Part shown: positions 49,962 to 62,482 of the stretch, piece after piece
Layout: every line of letters starts with the position of its first letter
How positions within the stretch are numbered: the stretch's first letter is position 1
NCBI GenBank assembly: GCA_003427395.1
Contig: BFEA01000031.1
Span: 241,195-305,194 of the forward strand
Source: Chara braunii
Taxonomy: Eukaryota > Plantae > Charophyceae
Direction: 5' to 3'
Length of the DNA: 64,000 nt
Notes under the pieces: model-generated
Told to the model about the DNA's origin: nothing
Databases searched by the model: none
The model's input: only the letters and a program-made list of their open reading frames with translations
Program-made: the position numbers and the translations under genes

Positions 49962-51215
49962 NNNNNNNNNNNNNNNNNNNNNNNNNNNNNNNNNNNNNNN
50001 NNNNNNNNNNNNNNNNNNNNNNNNNNNNNNNNNNNNNNNNNNNNNNNNNNNNNNNNNNNNNNNNNNNNNNNNNNNNNNNNNNNNNNNNNNNATTGCTTTC
50101 CTTTTTGAACTGATAGTCATCGCTTTTTGAGCTTCTCGCCCCCGTACCGGTGACGTCAACCGCTTGCATCCGTGCGGACGGTCGACGCCCCCGCAAGGGG
50201 AGAGAGCTTAGACTCTGTCGTCTTCCCTCGACGCACCCACCTTAGAGAGAGAAGAGTTGCGACGATTGTTGTATGGATTCGGTGTTGGTTCGGATGACCG
50301 GGAACGCGGGACCTTGCCCGTGTTCATCACGTACCTCCGATCGTCTCATCTCGCTACCGACCTTCCCCATCGCAGATGACGACAACGTCTATTGTGATGC
50401 GGACGTACGGCGCGCGCTGAGGCGGACGGAGCAAGTGTGTTGGCAAGACCCGCCTCGGGCTTATGAGATAAGGGGGAACGGGTTTGTTTTGATTGATCGT
50501 TTTGATTCCCCGACTCTAATATTGCCTTATACGGGTTTGACGGTGTTTCCCTGGTCGGCCGCTCACGCCGTGTGGCGGCCGCAGTTTGATTGTCGCCGGT
50601 GTAGCCAGGGGGACTCGTGTTCTTGGCGACGGCTGGTCCTGGGTTACGAGGGAGCGACACGTTTCCCCGAGCTTTCCCGTAGTGCGGGGGCGCTGCCCGC
50701 GCAATTTCGAATTCAGATGCCGGCGAGTCCTCCCGCCGCTTTACCCTCCCGGAAACTTTCGCGCGGACTCTGTGAGTCCGACGCCGAGGCTTGAAGACCT
50801 CGAACCAACCACCTCCACAGCAAAGACCTGAGGGTTCGGCCGCTTTGTGAAGCCGATGATGAGGCCTGAAGGCTTCGAACCCGCCACCTATCCCCCAAAC
50901 CCCTGACGGCCAAAGTTTTGTCCTCCGCCGCCATGGCCCTCTCCCCTTGATGCCTTTTTCCGTCCCGATGCAAAACGGCAGTTCATTTTTGCGGAAACCT
51001 TTTTGATTTTATCGTTTCGAAGTGATCTGACCCCCACGGGACTCCGCGACGACAGTTCGACTCCGGGGAAAACCTCTGGCACGAAACGAGGGTCTCCAGT
51101 TCCGTCCGGGAGACTCAACCCTTACGGCCAAAAATCCTCGGCCACGCCCCTCCTAGAACTCTAATCGGCGACCCCGTACGGGAAGCCGCGAGGGGTCGTG
51201 AGGTTGCGTATCACA
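48739..51215 (+). repeat. 3' LTR plus 11-nt terminal extension TGCGTATCACA
   Basis: Colinear with the 5' LTR (extra ~30 bp near 50867-50896); the last 11 nt (51205-51215) duplicate 48726-48736. Confidence 0.93.
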
Positions 51216-51479
51216 AGTGTGGTTGGGTACACCGTGTCGCGGGATGTCCGTGCTGGGGTGGGGTGAAGTGCTCATGTTGGGGCTTCACTTTCACCCCAGC
51301 CCACTTAGCCTTATGGTTAGGTGTTTGCCTGTCGAGCCGTTGGTTGTGTGTTCGAATCTTGTACTCGGATTACACAGATAGCCTCACTTTTGAGGTTCTT
51401 CAGTAAATTCTAGCCACTCTTAAGACCGCACCACTTCCCAACCCATTCTCAACAGCCATACTCCTAGTGCACCCCCTAT

Positions 51480-52460
51480 GCCTACTATCCTACCTCAGTG
51501 TGACCAGCACTCAGGACCATCACCCTACCAGTATCGAGGGCAACCGGGACCGAAGAGCAGTGAGTACTACCCAGCCCTAGTGGAAGCCGAAGTGGACGAA
51601 CCTTGGTGTACGGGAACTTTGGACACCAGGCTCAAGCAGTCTTTTACAGGCCCCAGTACAATAAAACACATTTTCCTCCAATGCCCAGCGGCAGTACTAA
51701 CGTGGCGTTGGTTGGACCGCATTCGGTCGAGTGGCCATGGAAATGGGAAGCAATCCTGCTAGGAGAATGGGGAAGACTGCAAGCATCCAGCTTCGCCAAA
51801 TATCTGTTTGTCGCGGCCAGGAAGGCGGTGGTTTGGATGCTAAGGTCAAGAAGATGTGTATTTGATCAGGAAGAGGTCATGATGGGGGAAGGGGAAGAGG
51901 CAGAAACAGTTAGACAATTCCTTGAAACTGAAATAAGAGTGCAATGGAAAAAAGTTCAGGAAAAGATGGCACATCTGACACAAAAAGCACACATAACTAA
52001 AGAAATCAGTAACTTCTGCACAGATTGTCTGGTGGGGGAAAGGGGAGGCAGGATGGCACATATTGATTGGCCGGGGGCAAAAGGGAACGAAGGGGGAGGC
52101 AATGCACTGACCAAGGATTACAAACTCAAAGTTTCGCGAATGGCTTCAGGTCAATCCCAATATTTCGATGAAGAGTCAAGGGGAGTTTCCAGACATGTTC
52201 CCCCCAGCAGCCACAGCGATCGTAGAAATGCAATGGTTCGGGAAGGAGTAAGGAAAGAGCAAAGGCAATGTAGAAACCCCCACACCTGATGAACTAACAA
52301 CGGAAATGTTTTTCACCTACATATTGTAAATGTTCTGCTTAAAGGGCACTAGAGTAGTAGGGCTGATCAGGCACCCTTCAGTGGGTTGAAGAGGTACCCT
52401 TAGGCAGCAGTCATCATAATTTTTCAGGCTCATCAATAAACAAGCGCAATGTAATGGGAA
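51480..52460 (+). pseudogene. LINE ORF2 C-terminal (zf-RVT) fragment
   Basis: TIKHIFLQCPAAVLTWRW, WPWKWEAILLG, homologous to 35765-36904. Confidence 0.75.
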
Positions 52461-52461
52461 T

Positions 52462-54930
52462 TCTGCCTCTAGACAACATAGCGGGCGCAGCGCTACCGGG
52501 AGCGCTGCGCCCGGTCCGACCAGGAGCGCCCGTTCGGATTTCGTGTCTTCACACGGGAACGGTGTCCTAGGTGTGTGAGCGGTCGGTGAGTGGCGATGGG
52601 AGGGAGTGCATGGCGAGGGAGTGAGGCATGGTGGGTATGGCGCTAAGGAGCGTTGTTGGAGTGCATTGCCGTCATCTGTGAAGGTGAGATAGATGATGCC
52701 TGTTGGGTTGGCGTGCATGGATGAGGTCATGGGGCGACTCTACATGGGCAGGTGGGTTATGGCGGCTGGGGACGCCACAAGTTATATTCACTAGGGGAAG
52801 TGTATTTTGGGTTGTTATCGACGAGGGAGCTTCAGTTTGGGTTCTGTTGAGAAGGGAGAAGCTTACTCTCACATAGAGTGAGAGGGAGAGGAAGGTTGTT
52901 CATGTGGGTGGTCGAGAATTTTCCCCCGCCTTCCTCAACAGTATGGTAAGTAGAATTTTACGAAGGCTTGAATCTCCTGTGGCGGCTCGCCAGCGGGTTT
53001 GGCTAGGAGGTACTGCACTGTCTTCGATTCTTCTCGGGAAGATTGAAGATGGTCGTTGAAGTCTTCAGTGCTAGTATTGTCGTAGAGCCTAGTGACTAGC
53101 AGTAGGAGGGAGGGTGTCTCTCCTTACATGAAGACGGTGGGGTAGGGTTCGAGGGGAAAGACGTAAGTTGGGGGTTTGGGGGAATTTGGGGATGAAGGTT
53201 TCTCGTTGTTTGATAGCTCTTAGGGTTGTGGTCCTGCCCATGAGTGGATTGGCTAGCTCACACTCAATTAATTACTAATAATCTTTCGAATCTTGATCTG
53301 ATTGGAATTTTAGAGTTGTTGGCATGTTATAACAACCAATATTGTTGATACTCGCAAATTAGAATAATAGAATCCAATTATGATTTTAACGGGCATAAGA
53401 ACTCTTTTGTTTTGAAATCATTTTGATCTTGTTATAAAATTCTCAAGTATGGTTTGGAATTGATTCTCTACAATTTTTTCCAAAAAACGTACGAATTTTT
53501 TTGTTAAATGATTCTCAAACTGTGGTTTGAGAATTGAGTCGAAAATCCTTCTGGATATCAAAATTTGTCATTCCTACGTTTCTCTGTGCCTAATTTGTAG
53601 TGTCGCATTTTGATCCCCTAATTGAAGAATTGAAGTAATTCGTACTCTGATTGTTCTGATCTTAACTTTTAGAAGTGTCTAATCTTATTTTCACTTTGTG
53701 AAACATAAGTTTTCTGGATTTGAATTCGAATTTTGCGTCTTGTGGAATTTTCGATTGGGTGGGTTTATAAGATTTACCCACCTCTTCTGTTGATGTTTGT
53801 GGGTCAGGTTGTTTTGAAGATGTGTGGTACCTGGGTTGGGGGGGATAGTTTATGGTTGGCGAAATTGCGTCCTGCTGGCGAGGAGGGCTAGCAAGTGGGA
53901 TTGGACTAGGGCATAGCTGCAGCTGAGATGGTGACTTAGTTGTCATAAGTCGTGTCGGAGAGTCGAAACTACGGCTAGGGTGATGATTGGGGCTTGGTTG
54001 TTGTTTGCTGATGTCCTTGGTCCCGGTGGTTTGCTAATGGACGAGGCCAGAACGATGCTGGTCGGTGTTGGGGCTTGGTCGCGCTGCCCTGTAACGCGAA
54101 TTGCACGGGGGTCTGAGACCTGGTAGAGAGATCTAGAGGGTTGTCGAGGGTGGAAGGCACTCCAGTGTCTATTGGCGAGCTGGTACTCAGTCGACGCTGC
54201 TCGAAGTCGGGGCGGGTCGCTTTGCCCTGTAGCCTAGCAGGTGGGGGGGTTCTGGGGGGGGTTGTGCCACTCTGTAACCTAGCAGTTGGGTGTGTGAGGC
54301 CTGGTTGAGATTGAGTATCGAGACATTTGGGGGAGGCAGATAGGGTTGGGCTGCTGAAAGCACTAAGGCAGGTGGTTTTTTCGGTCTGAATGTTCCTAAG
54401 ATCCAAGGTTTGGTTGGTTATTCATGGTTGCCAAGGGGGTTCTTAAGAATGATTTAGGATTCTGCGGACTCCTAGCAACCCATCTTAGACGGCTCCATTG
54501 CTGATATACTCAGTGATCTGTGGCTGTTCGATGCCAGAACAATGCTGGTCGGTGCTGGGGTGTTGCCCTGTAACCTGCTGATGCAGGAGTGTGAGGCCTG
54601 GTAGAGAGATCTGGGGATGCTTTGGGGTGGGCATTCCAAGGGACAACAAAGGGTTGCTGCTGGGACGACGCTGGTCGGAGCTGGGGTGTGTCGTGTTGCC
54701 CTGAAACCCAGCAGGGTGGGGGTGTGAAGCCTGGAAGAGCCAGGCAGGGAGTAAGACAGGCTGGAGAGCTTTAGAGGGGTTGCTAGGGATCCACAGGGTT
54801 TTGAGCATTTGTAGGACCTTTGCGGTGGCGTGTTTTGTTGTGGCCAGACCTTTTTTCTGAAGTTTGTCGTAGTAATTTTCTAAGTCGTCCAAAATTTTCT
54901 TAGCCAAAGCCGGGCAACGGCCCCGGTATC
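52462..54930 (+). mobile_element. Non-coding element of the same family as 12445-15070
   Basis: 5' hairpin GGGCGCAGCGCT-ACCGGG-AGCGCTGCGCCC (52483-52512); two copies of the GAGAGATCT(G/A)G block (~54040-54180, ~54530-54640); 3' GCCGGGCAACGGCCCCGGT. Confidence 0.5.
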
Positions 54931-54964
54931 TCAAACTTTCAAAATTCTATGTAAATTTCCATAT

Positions 54965-55172
54965 GGGACACTGGGCCCGGTTCCCAGCACATGCTGCTCC
55001 CCACGAATAGATTGGAGCTTTGTCCTAAAAAAAGATTAAAAAAAATGTAATGGGACCCTCGACCCGTTTTCCAGCAGGTGAAGCTCCCCAGAGTCCCCAC
55101 CAATAGATGGAGCCTCCCTGGGAATGCTAGAGGGGTCTGCTCTTATCAGCTCCCCTAGCATCAACCCGGGTG

Positions 55173-55203
<31 letters not shown>
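54965..55203 (+). mobile_element. Two consecutive LINE-tail motif copies with A-tails
   Basis: Motifs at 54965-55018 and 55052-55113; A-tail 55177-55203. A further copy lies at 56163-56296. Confidence 0.8.
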
Positions 55204-55207
<4 letters not shown>

Positions 55208-55301
55208 CAAGCACCTAGGTGAGGCAGGCTGGCGCCTCCTACTGTCCTTCCCCTTACTTACCCAAGGCTAGGCGGAACTCGGACAGTCCTCCTACACAAG
55301 T

Positions 55302-55520
55302 GGCCTGTAACCCAGTGGTTAGGGCACCGGTTGTCAATGCACATTGTGGTCTGAGGTTGTGGGTTCAAAACTCCGCACCTCTGCGCAGACACACCGGCGG
55401 GAGTTTACGAAACGCACGGTCACTTGCATACCCCCTTGGGCGTATGCAGGTAAGTTATTACAGACACTGGCTGCGCACAACCCAAGGGAGCCTGTCCATG
55501 GTGTTGTATGTCAGGTCTTG
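55302..55520 (+). mobile_element. tRNA-derived SINE-like head
   Basis: Box A-like TAACCCAGTGGTTAG and box B-like GGTTCAAAAC at tRNA-like spacing; 3' end not defined. Confidence 0.5.
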
Positions 55521-56321
55521 ACACTGCGTGGGTTGCTTGCCGCTGTTGGTCTTGGTTGTTCTGCTGATGTCCCAGTCTGGCATATCATACATACGTACCG
55601 TTTGCGATTGGCACCGATTGTTGCACACATGGTAGAGTCTTCCAGTTACATGCTTTAGATTATGGGTTCAGGGGTTCTTGTCCAACTTCACCCGCATCTC
55701 TTCACATACCGTACACATGGTTCATTGGATCCAATACACGGTCTATGCGTGCTAACACATAGTACTGCACATAAGTTTGCTCTACATAGTACTGCACATA
55801 TCTAGCCTCCAGTCACACACATCTTGCTACTTAGCTTGTAGTACATCCTCAGCCTCTGGGCATACATAAACCTCTACAAACTGCCATCTTCTACTGAGAA
55901 TCTACAGAAACCACAAAGTCGGCCAGCAGGAAAACCACAAAGTCGACCGGTAGGGGAAAGGTGGAACAGACAACAGACGAGTACAGCTGGAGAGAAAACG
56001 GGAGGAAGAGAGGGGGGAAACTGGTGAGCATCAGTAGCTATCTGGTGCCTGATACAAGGCGAAGACGTTCTCCTCCTTCAAAGGACCTGTTCAGTCAATC
56101 CTCTGGAACCCAGAGCAATCAATGCTGACAGGCGGCCTCTGTGTATCTGTTCGATGTAAGATGGGACGCTGGACCCGATTTCCAGCAGGTGCGGTTCCCC
56201 ACCAATAGATTGGAGCAACCAGGAAACATGCTAGCAGGGGATGCTCGTATCACCTCTCCTAGCGGATTTCCAGTTACAAAAAAAAAAAAAAAAAAAGAGA
56301 GAAGTGAAGTTAGGCAGTTAA

Positions 56322-57199
56322 ACCACCAGTACTTCCAACGCACTTTTCTCCGGGGCAGGAAGCGCACTGCGCACCAAAAAAGTTGAATTAGCACGTACCT
56401 CCTTTTGGCTGGCGCCACCAGCCATGTTGCTCCGAAGGACCGGTCCCGAAAGTTGTGGCCGCATGCAAGCCGCATTTTTTTTTTCATAGAGGGGAAACAT
56501 ATACACAAGCCCAAAAAAAAAAAAAAAAAAGCTACAAATTTCATCCCAGTTTTTTGTGGTACAGTTGCCCATATTGCTTAGTAGTCCATTGCATCGAGGG
56601 TCCTCAGGCTATATGGATTACAATTCTCCTAAGCATGGGTTCAGAGAGGGTTTAGGGTTTAAACAAGGTTTAAATGGGATAACATATGGCAACAATAAAC
56701 AGGGGGGCTGCAGAATAGGGAAGGTCTACAAGAAAATGGTGCTCCAAGATGGGATGGGTAAAATAAAAAAAAAAAAAAAAAGATGGGATGGGTAACACTA
56801 GCAGCTCCGAGGGAAAATGGAATCCCGGGTTTTAGAAGACAAACCACCATAGCCCTGGAAAATAAATAGCAAACTCTGTGTTACAAGATGTTCAAAGGGA
56901 CGCAGGACCCGGTTTCCAGCAGGTGCCGCTCCCCACCAATAGATGGAGCAGCCCCCCTGTTTATTGTTGCCATATGTTATCCCATTTAAACCTGATTTAA
57001 ACCCTAAACCCTCTCTGAACCCATGCTTAGGAGAATTGTAATCCGTATAGCCTGAACACCCTCAATGTAATGGACTACTAAGCAATGTGATGCAGGATGA
57101 TAGCTGGATGATAGCTGGGAGAATCAACACACACGGGGATTTAAGCATCATCCGAGGAAGGCGGGTAGTATGTAGTGGCACGCTACAACACCAATAACC

Positions 57200-57261
<62 letters not shown>

Positions 57262-57536
57262 NNNNNNNNNNNNNNNNNNNNNNNNNNNNNNNNNNNNNNN
57301 NNNNNNNNNNNNNNNNNNNNNNNNNNNNNNNNNNNNNNNNNNNNNNNNNNNNNNNNNNNNNNNNNNNNNNNNNNNNNNNNNNNNNNNNNNNNNNNNNNNN
57401 NNNNNNNNNNNNNNNNNNNNNNNNNNNNNNNNNNNNNNNNNNNNNNNNNNNNNNNNNNNNNNNNNNNNNNNNNNNNNNNNNNNNNNNNNNNNNNNNNNNN
57501 NNNNNNNNNNNNNNNNNNNNNNNNNNNNNNNNNNNN

Positions 57537-57597
<61 letters not shown>

Positions 57598-57734
57598 TAG
57601 TAGTGTATATTTCGATGTTCTAGTGGAAGATTCATTCGATTTTGCTCATCCTATCGATGGAAGTAGCACGAGGTCAGCCGCAGGGTTAGAAACTTACCTA
57701 TTTGTCCCGTGTGTTGCTCAACCTATAGATGGAA

Positions 57735-57818
<84 letters not shown>

Positions 57819-57836
57819 ACAGATGATGGACCGTCC

Positions 57837-57889
<53 letters not shown>

Positions 57890-58518
57890 TTTCATCGACA
57901 GGATGAGCAAAATGGGATGAATCTACCGCTAGAACATCGAAATATACACTACTACACGCACGTGCACGCGTGTGTGTGTGTGGGTGTGTGGGTGGGTGGG
58001 TGGGTGGGTGTGGGTGTGGGTGTGGGTGTGTGGGTGTGTGGGTGTGTGTGTGTGTCTCTAATTCATTCCGATTTCGCTCATCCTATCGATGGAAGTGGCA
58101 ACTGTCGGTGCATTTTGCAAAGTTGGGCAGCGTCCGGTACGGGTACATTGCAAAGATGGGTTCCAACCGATGGCTGGGGTATTTCGCAAAATGTTTTTGT
58201 CATCGTCCTTTGCCGCAGTGTAGCTGCGCGGGGTCCACTTGTTTTTCTAAAGTACAGTCTTTTCCTACATATCAGCCGCAGGTGTCAAAAGTCAAATTCG
58301 GAGGCCGAGTGCTGCCGAAGAAATTTATCAACAATGGCTCGACCGCCATTTTCTCTGAGTAGGTAACTTTTATGACTTGGCATCCCAACCTGAAAGGTAG
58401 TGGCGGCCGTGGAAAAAAATAGAGTAGAAACATTTCTACTTGGATGAATTTGGGTGTTCTTGTAGTGCCCCATATGTTTCCTAAAGTTGTGGCTTCTTAA
58501 CGGGCACGACTTGGTGGT
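56322..58518. mobile_element. Larger TTAA-flanked non-autonomous TIR element related to the 36922 MITE, with nested insertions and fold-backs
   Basis: TTAA|ACCACCAGTACTT at 56318 and TTGGTGGT|TTAA at 58519-58522. Confidence 0.6.
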
Positions 58519-59668
58519 TTAAGAAAGGGACTCTGCAGGTCCTAGCAGGGAGAGTGACTGTAGGTAGAAAGGGAGTGCACAGTCGTAGAGGACTCCCCTG
58601 TAAACTGTAATTACGAAGGGGGAACAGGGGATTGTGACAGACTGTTTCATCGACGTTCATGTATATATATTACATATATACATCTACATGAAGGTTCAGC
58701 CTCTTGGTGAGTCGATGAAACTCCACGGAAACAGTTTGTCACAACCCCTCGTTTGTTGTCCTCTTCTCCCTTTCTGCCTACGATTTACCGGTCAGCTCCG
58801 TTCGACGATGTATATACATTTATAAACTCTGACAAAACAGTTTCAAAATTGTCACAGCCCCTCGTTTGTTGTCTTCTTCTCCCTCTCTGCCTATGCTTTA
58901 CCGGGCAGTTCTATTTGATACATATTACGTCGAGGGATTGGAACATGATCTGCCCGGATTGCAGTTGACCTCACAAGGCGTAGACCACATGGGTGATCCG
59001 CAACTGGCTGACCAGCAAACAACCCAACACAGTTTGGACTTGCAACACCATCTGGGCGATCTGCAAATTGTTGGCCAGCATCCAACAAACCAGCCTGAGA
59101 ACCTCACCAATCTCTGTGGTCTGACAGCAACTAATATTTGTCTTCACATTCTCCATCGCCCGTTTTATACACCGTCAGACTTCCTTGCAATCGCCCTTCA
59201 GCTTGATGCTGATCTTTCCCAACTACAGCCAGAGGATGTTGTAATTATACCAGCGAAGGAGGCTTTACCATTGCTGTCCAACAAGTAGCAAGGAGGGACC
59301 GTCAACTTGAACTACGCAATGCTTGAGCAGGTGAGTGGTTTAATCCTCCATCCAACATCTTTGTCTGCATTGTGCTCCCTCTTCCTGCGACATACATTTG
59401 AAGACACTTGATGATTCCGGTTGGCGGCCGGATGAAACGCAGCGTAGGGTCGCTGCGCCTTGTCGGTCTATTCCATGTTGATTTCTTGGCCGACTGTCGG
59501 CGGTTTCTAATGATCATCTTTCGGCCACTGTGGTCACGTTCGGGAACGATTGGGTGTACTTTTTTTTTTTTCTTTTGCTCTCCCTCCCTCTTCCTCTCCT
59601 TGTTGTTCCTCCTCTTCTTTGTTTTGAGTCAGTGTATGCCAGTCATTGAATGCTGATCGCTCTCTCGG

Positions 59669-60260
59669 GTGAACATTTCTCATTACACGGCCATTATACA
59701 TGCCTCTGACCACTCGGAGCTGTGGGACAACGGCACAATGGTCCATGTCATGATTGATGTCACTGATTTTTTACAGTATGATGCTGCTTTCTTGCCACAA
59801 CAAACCGTCCGCAATCTCTTTTATGTCGAAGATCATTCCTCTGGCCCCGTGCTGCAGCAAGACAATGTACCAACACTCTGCGACCTTCTCCTTTGCACAG
59901 CCACAAACACTGTTACACTCGGCTGTAGCCGCCATCGTCTCTGTCACAATCACTACAATGACATGGTTTCTGCATCCATGTGTGCGGAGGACTGTCCCAC
60001 CGTCCGTGACTGCAGGCACCCTCCGCATCTGGACACTATATGTCCATTTTGCGGCCATGGGCGCTATACTGAATGCATGCTCTTTTGTAGTGACCGTTCT
60101 TCTTTCATTTTGGCCTGCAATCGACGGGGGTGTATGGCGGGCATGCTCAATGCCACCCGTCGAGGCAATTGTTGCACTGAGAATGCTCAGCTAGGTCTTC
60201 CCTGTGTTCATCCACCTCATCCTTGCAATGTATGTCCTCTCTGTCGTCAAGGACAGACTC
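59669..60260 (+). CDS. Cys/His-rich protein with two tandem RING-like zinc-finger repeats (ORF open to 60523)
   Basis: C..C...LGCSRHRLC..H...CRHPPH....CPFC and C...C...LACNRRGC...CVHPPH....CPLC. A pyrimidine-rich tail after ~60255 may be intron or UTR. Confidence 0.55.
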
Positions 60261-60910
60261 ATTCTTTTTCTTATCCTCTTTTGCCTTCTTCTTCACTCCA
60301 CACTCCATACTTTCCCTTACTTTCCCTTTATCGTTCTTTGTTTGTCTGCTCTCCATCTCTCCTCCCCGTGTTTATCCCCTCCCCCTTCACTCTGCCTCTT
60401 TCTCACAGCGTACAAGTGGGCTGTTATGGCACACGGGATGGCGGCAGCTCGCGCTCAACTTCATCAACGTGGCAACCCTTGTACGTGAGAGGGACGGTGA
60501 AAGGGGAGTCAAGAGAAGAATGAGAAAAATGAATCGTTTCAGTGTGCCCTTCATGTTTGTCTTGGTTTTTTTTTTTTTTTTTTTTTTTTTTGCCGTTTNT
60601 TTCTCAAAGTGCGCTCTTTTAGTTCCTAGTTATATATGTCCTCTTCTCCCTCTCTGCCTACGGTTTACCGGGCAGTTCTATTTGACAATATATATAAACA
60701 TATATATAATGGGATGTGAACCGACAGTCTGTAGAGTTTTCCATCTGGTGTGGGTGACCGATCGTCTGCTTTGGTTTTGTCACATGTACCTTGAGGGCAG
60801 TGGGTGGGGCCCACCTCAGGGTATCAGTTGTCGGGCAGTCGTTGATGCTTAACCACAACCAGGGTTAAGGTGGATTATCACTTACAGTGTAATCAGTTCA
60901 GGGATTCTGC

Positions 60911-60966
60911 AGACTGTTGACGGTTCAGCCTCCTGATCAGTCGGTGAAACTCCGACGAAACAGTTT
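60911..60966 (+). ncRNA. Type III hammerhead ribozyme (G8C core mutation); a second degenerate copy at 58690-58737
   Basis: Stem III AGACTGT/ACAGTTT; GUU site; stem I GA(C)GG-TTCAG-CCTC; core CTGATCA; stem II GTCGG-TGAAACT-CCGAC; GAAA. Confidence 0.72.
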
Positions 60967-61879
60967 CTCACAGCCCCTCGTTTCTTGTCCTCTTCTCCCT
61001 CTTGTCCCTCTCTGCCTACGGTTTACCGTAGGCAGCTCTGTTTGACGATATATACACCACGACTTCGCTAGCACCCTGCTACGGTAGTAGAACAGTGACG
61101 CACCCAAAACGCCAAGAACAGTTGTCGCCATACACAGAGATGCACTCACACCTGCATATCCATTCTTTAAATGCAAGGAGGGACTACTCTGAATGCATAT
61201 GACAGCTTTTGGAGCCACATTCGCCCACAACAACACTCCACACATCCCTTCAGAGATTTCGAGACGGTCTGTGATACTTATAACAGCCTGCCCAGATGGT
61301 TAACGTGTAATATGATACTTGTGGAGGGGTACACCAGACACATGGTTCAAGCACAACTGACAGCCACACACCGCCTCCCCCCCGCCCTCCGCCTCCCCTC
61401 CCTCCCCCCCCTCTCTCAACTAGCCCACAAATGTGTCTCTTCATTTCATGCTGCTTTCTTTGCAGAGTATGCCGCGAACTGGCTATTTTCGTGAGAAAGC
61501 AATGACAACTATTTGCTCAAGCCCATCCTCGGACATCTCGCCAAGGGTTTCTCGCCATGTTTTCTTTCATAAGCATTGCGTGAACTTAACTACATTGTGA
61601 ATATTGTACAAAATAACCGAACACTGCAACATTCTACATGCCCCCTGAGCCCAATCCTCTGGAGACTGGACAAAAACTAGAACAAGGATCGAAAAACTAG
61701 CAAAGAAAGGAGGAGCAAGCCTGGGCACATGTGAGCAACAGTGCTCGATTTCCACTCTGTCACATTCTATCAGTCTTCGGCCTGTGAAAAGTTGTGCCTC
61801 ACAGAACCTTCACCGAGGAAAACGAGTCGGTAATGGAGAGAGAACAGAAGCAGGGATCACAGCATACATCCACAAACAC

Positions 61880-61913
<34 letters not shown>

Positions 61914-62238
61914 NNNNNNNNNNNNNNNNNNNNNNNNNNNNNNNNNNNNNNNNNNNNNNNNNNNNNNNNNNNNNNNNNNNNNNNNNNNNNNNNNNNNNNN
62001 NNNNNNNNNNNNNNNNNNNNNNNNNNNNNNNNNNNNNNNNNNNNNNNNNNNNNNNNNNNNNNNNNNNNNNNNNNNNNNNNNNNNNNNNNNNNNNNNNNNN
62101 NNNNNNNNNNNNNNNNNNNNNNNNNNNNNNNNNNNNNNNNNNNNNNNNNNNNNNNNNNNNNNNNNNNNNNNNNNNNNNNNNNNNNNNNNNNNNNNNNNNN
62201 NNNNNNNNNNNNNNNNNNNNNNNNNNNNNNNNNNNNNN

Positions 62239-62327
<89 letters not shown>

Positions 62328-62482
62328 CTGTGTCTGTCTGTCTGTAGCTCACTCGCTTGCTCGCTCTCTCCCCCCCCTGTCCCTCCGACCGTTAGGTCTC
62401 CCCCACACCCCACTCCACTACCTACCTTTAGTTATTGCTTTAGGTCCCCCCCCACCCCTACCTACCTAACTTTAGTGATTGA

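Larger units (their letters stand above)
58690..61055 (+). mobile_element. Hammerhead-bounded direct-repeat element (retrozyme/PLE-derivative-like)
   Basis: Direct repeats 58690-58815 and 60919-61055, each a hammerhead plus CACAGCCCCTCGTTT...CTGCCTACGGTTTACCG; partial repeats at 58835-58920 and 60636-60695; inverted partial copy at 58560-58655. Confidence 0.65.

Noticed and set aside
52462-54935. Canonical Helitron
   Set aside because: A TC start and 3' hairpin are present, but there is no CTRR end or A|T insertion site, and relatives end in A-tails.
56648-56662. Interstitial plant telomere (TTTAGGG)
   Set aside because: Only one to two units; not an array.
61171-61494. 107-aa ORF downstream of the hammerhead element
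   Set aside because: No recognisable motifs; likely decayed TE or chance ORF.
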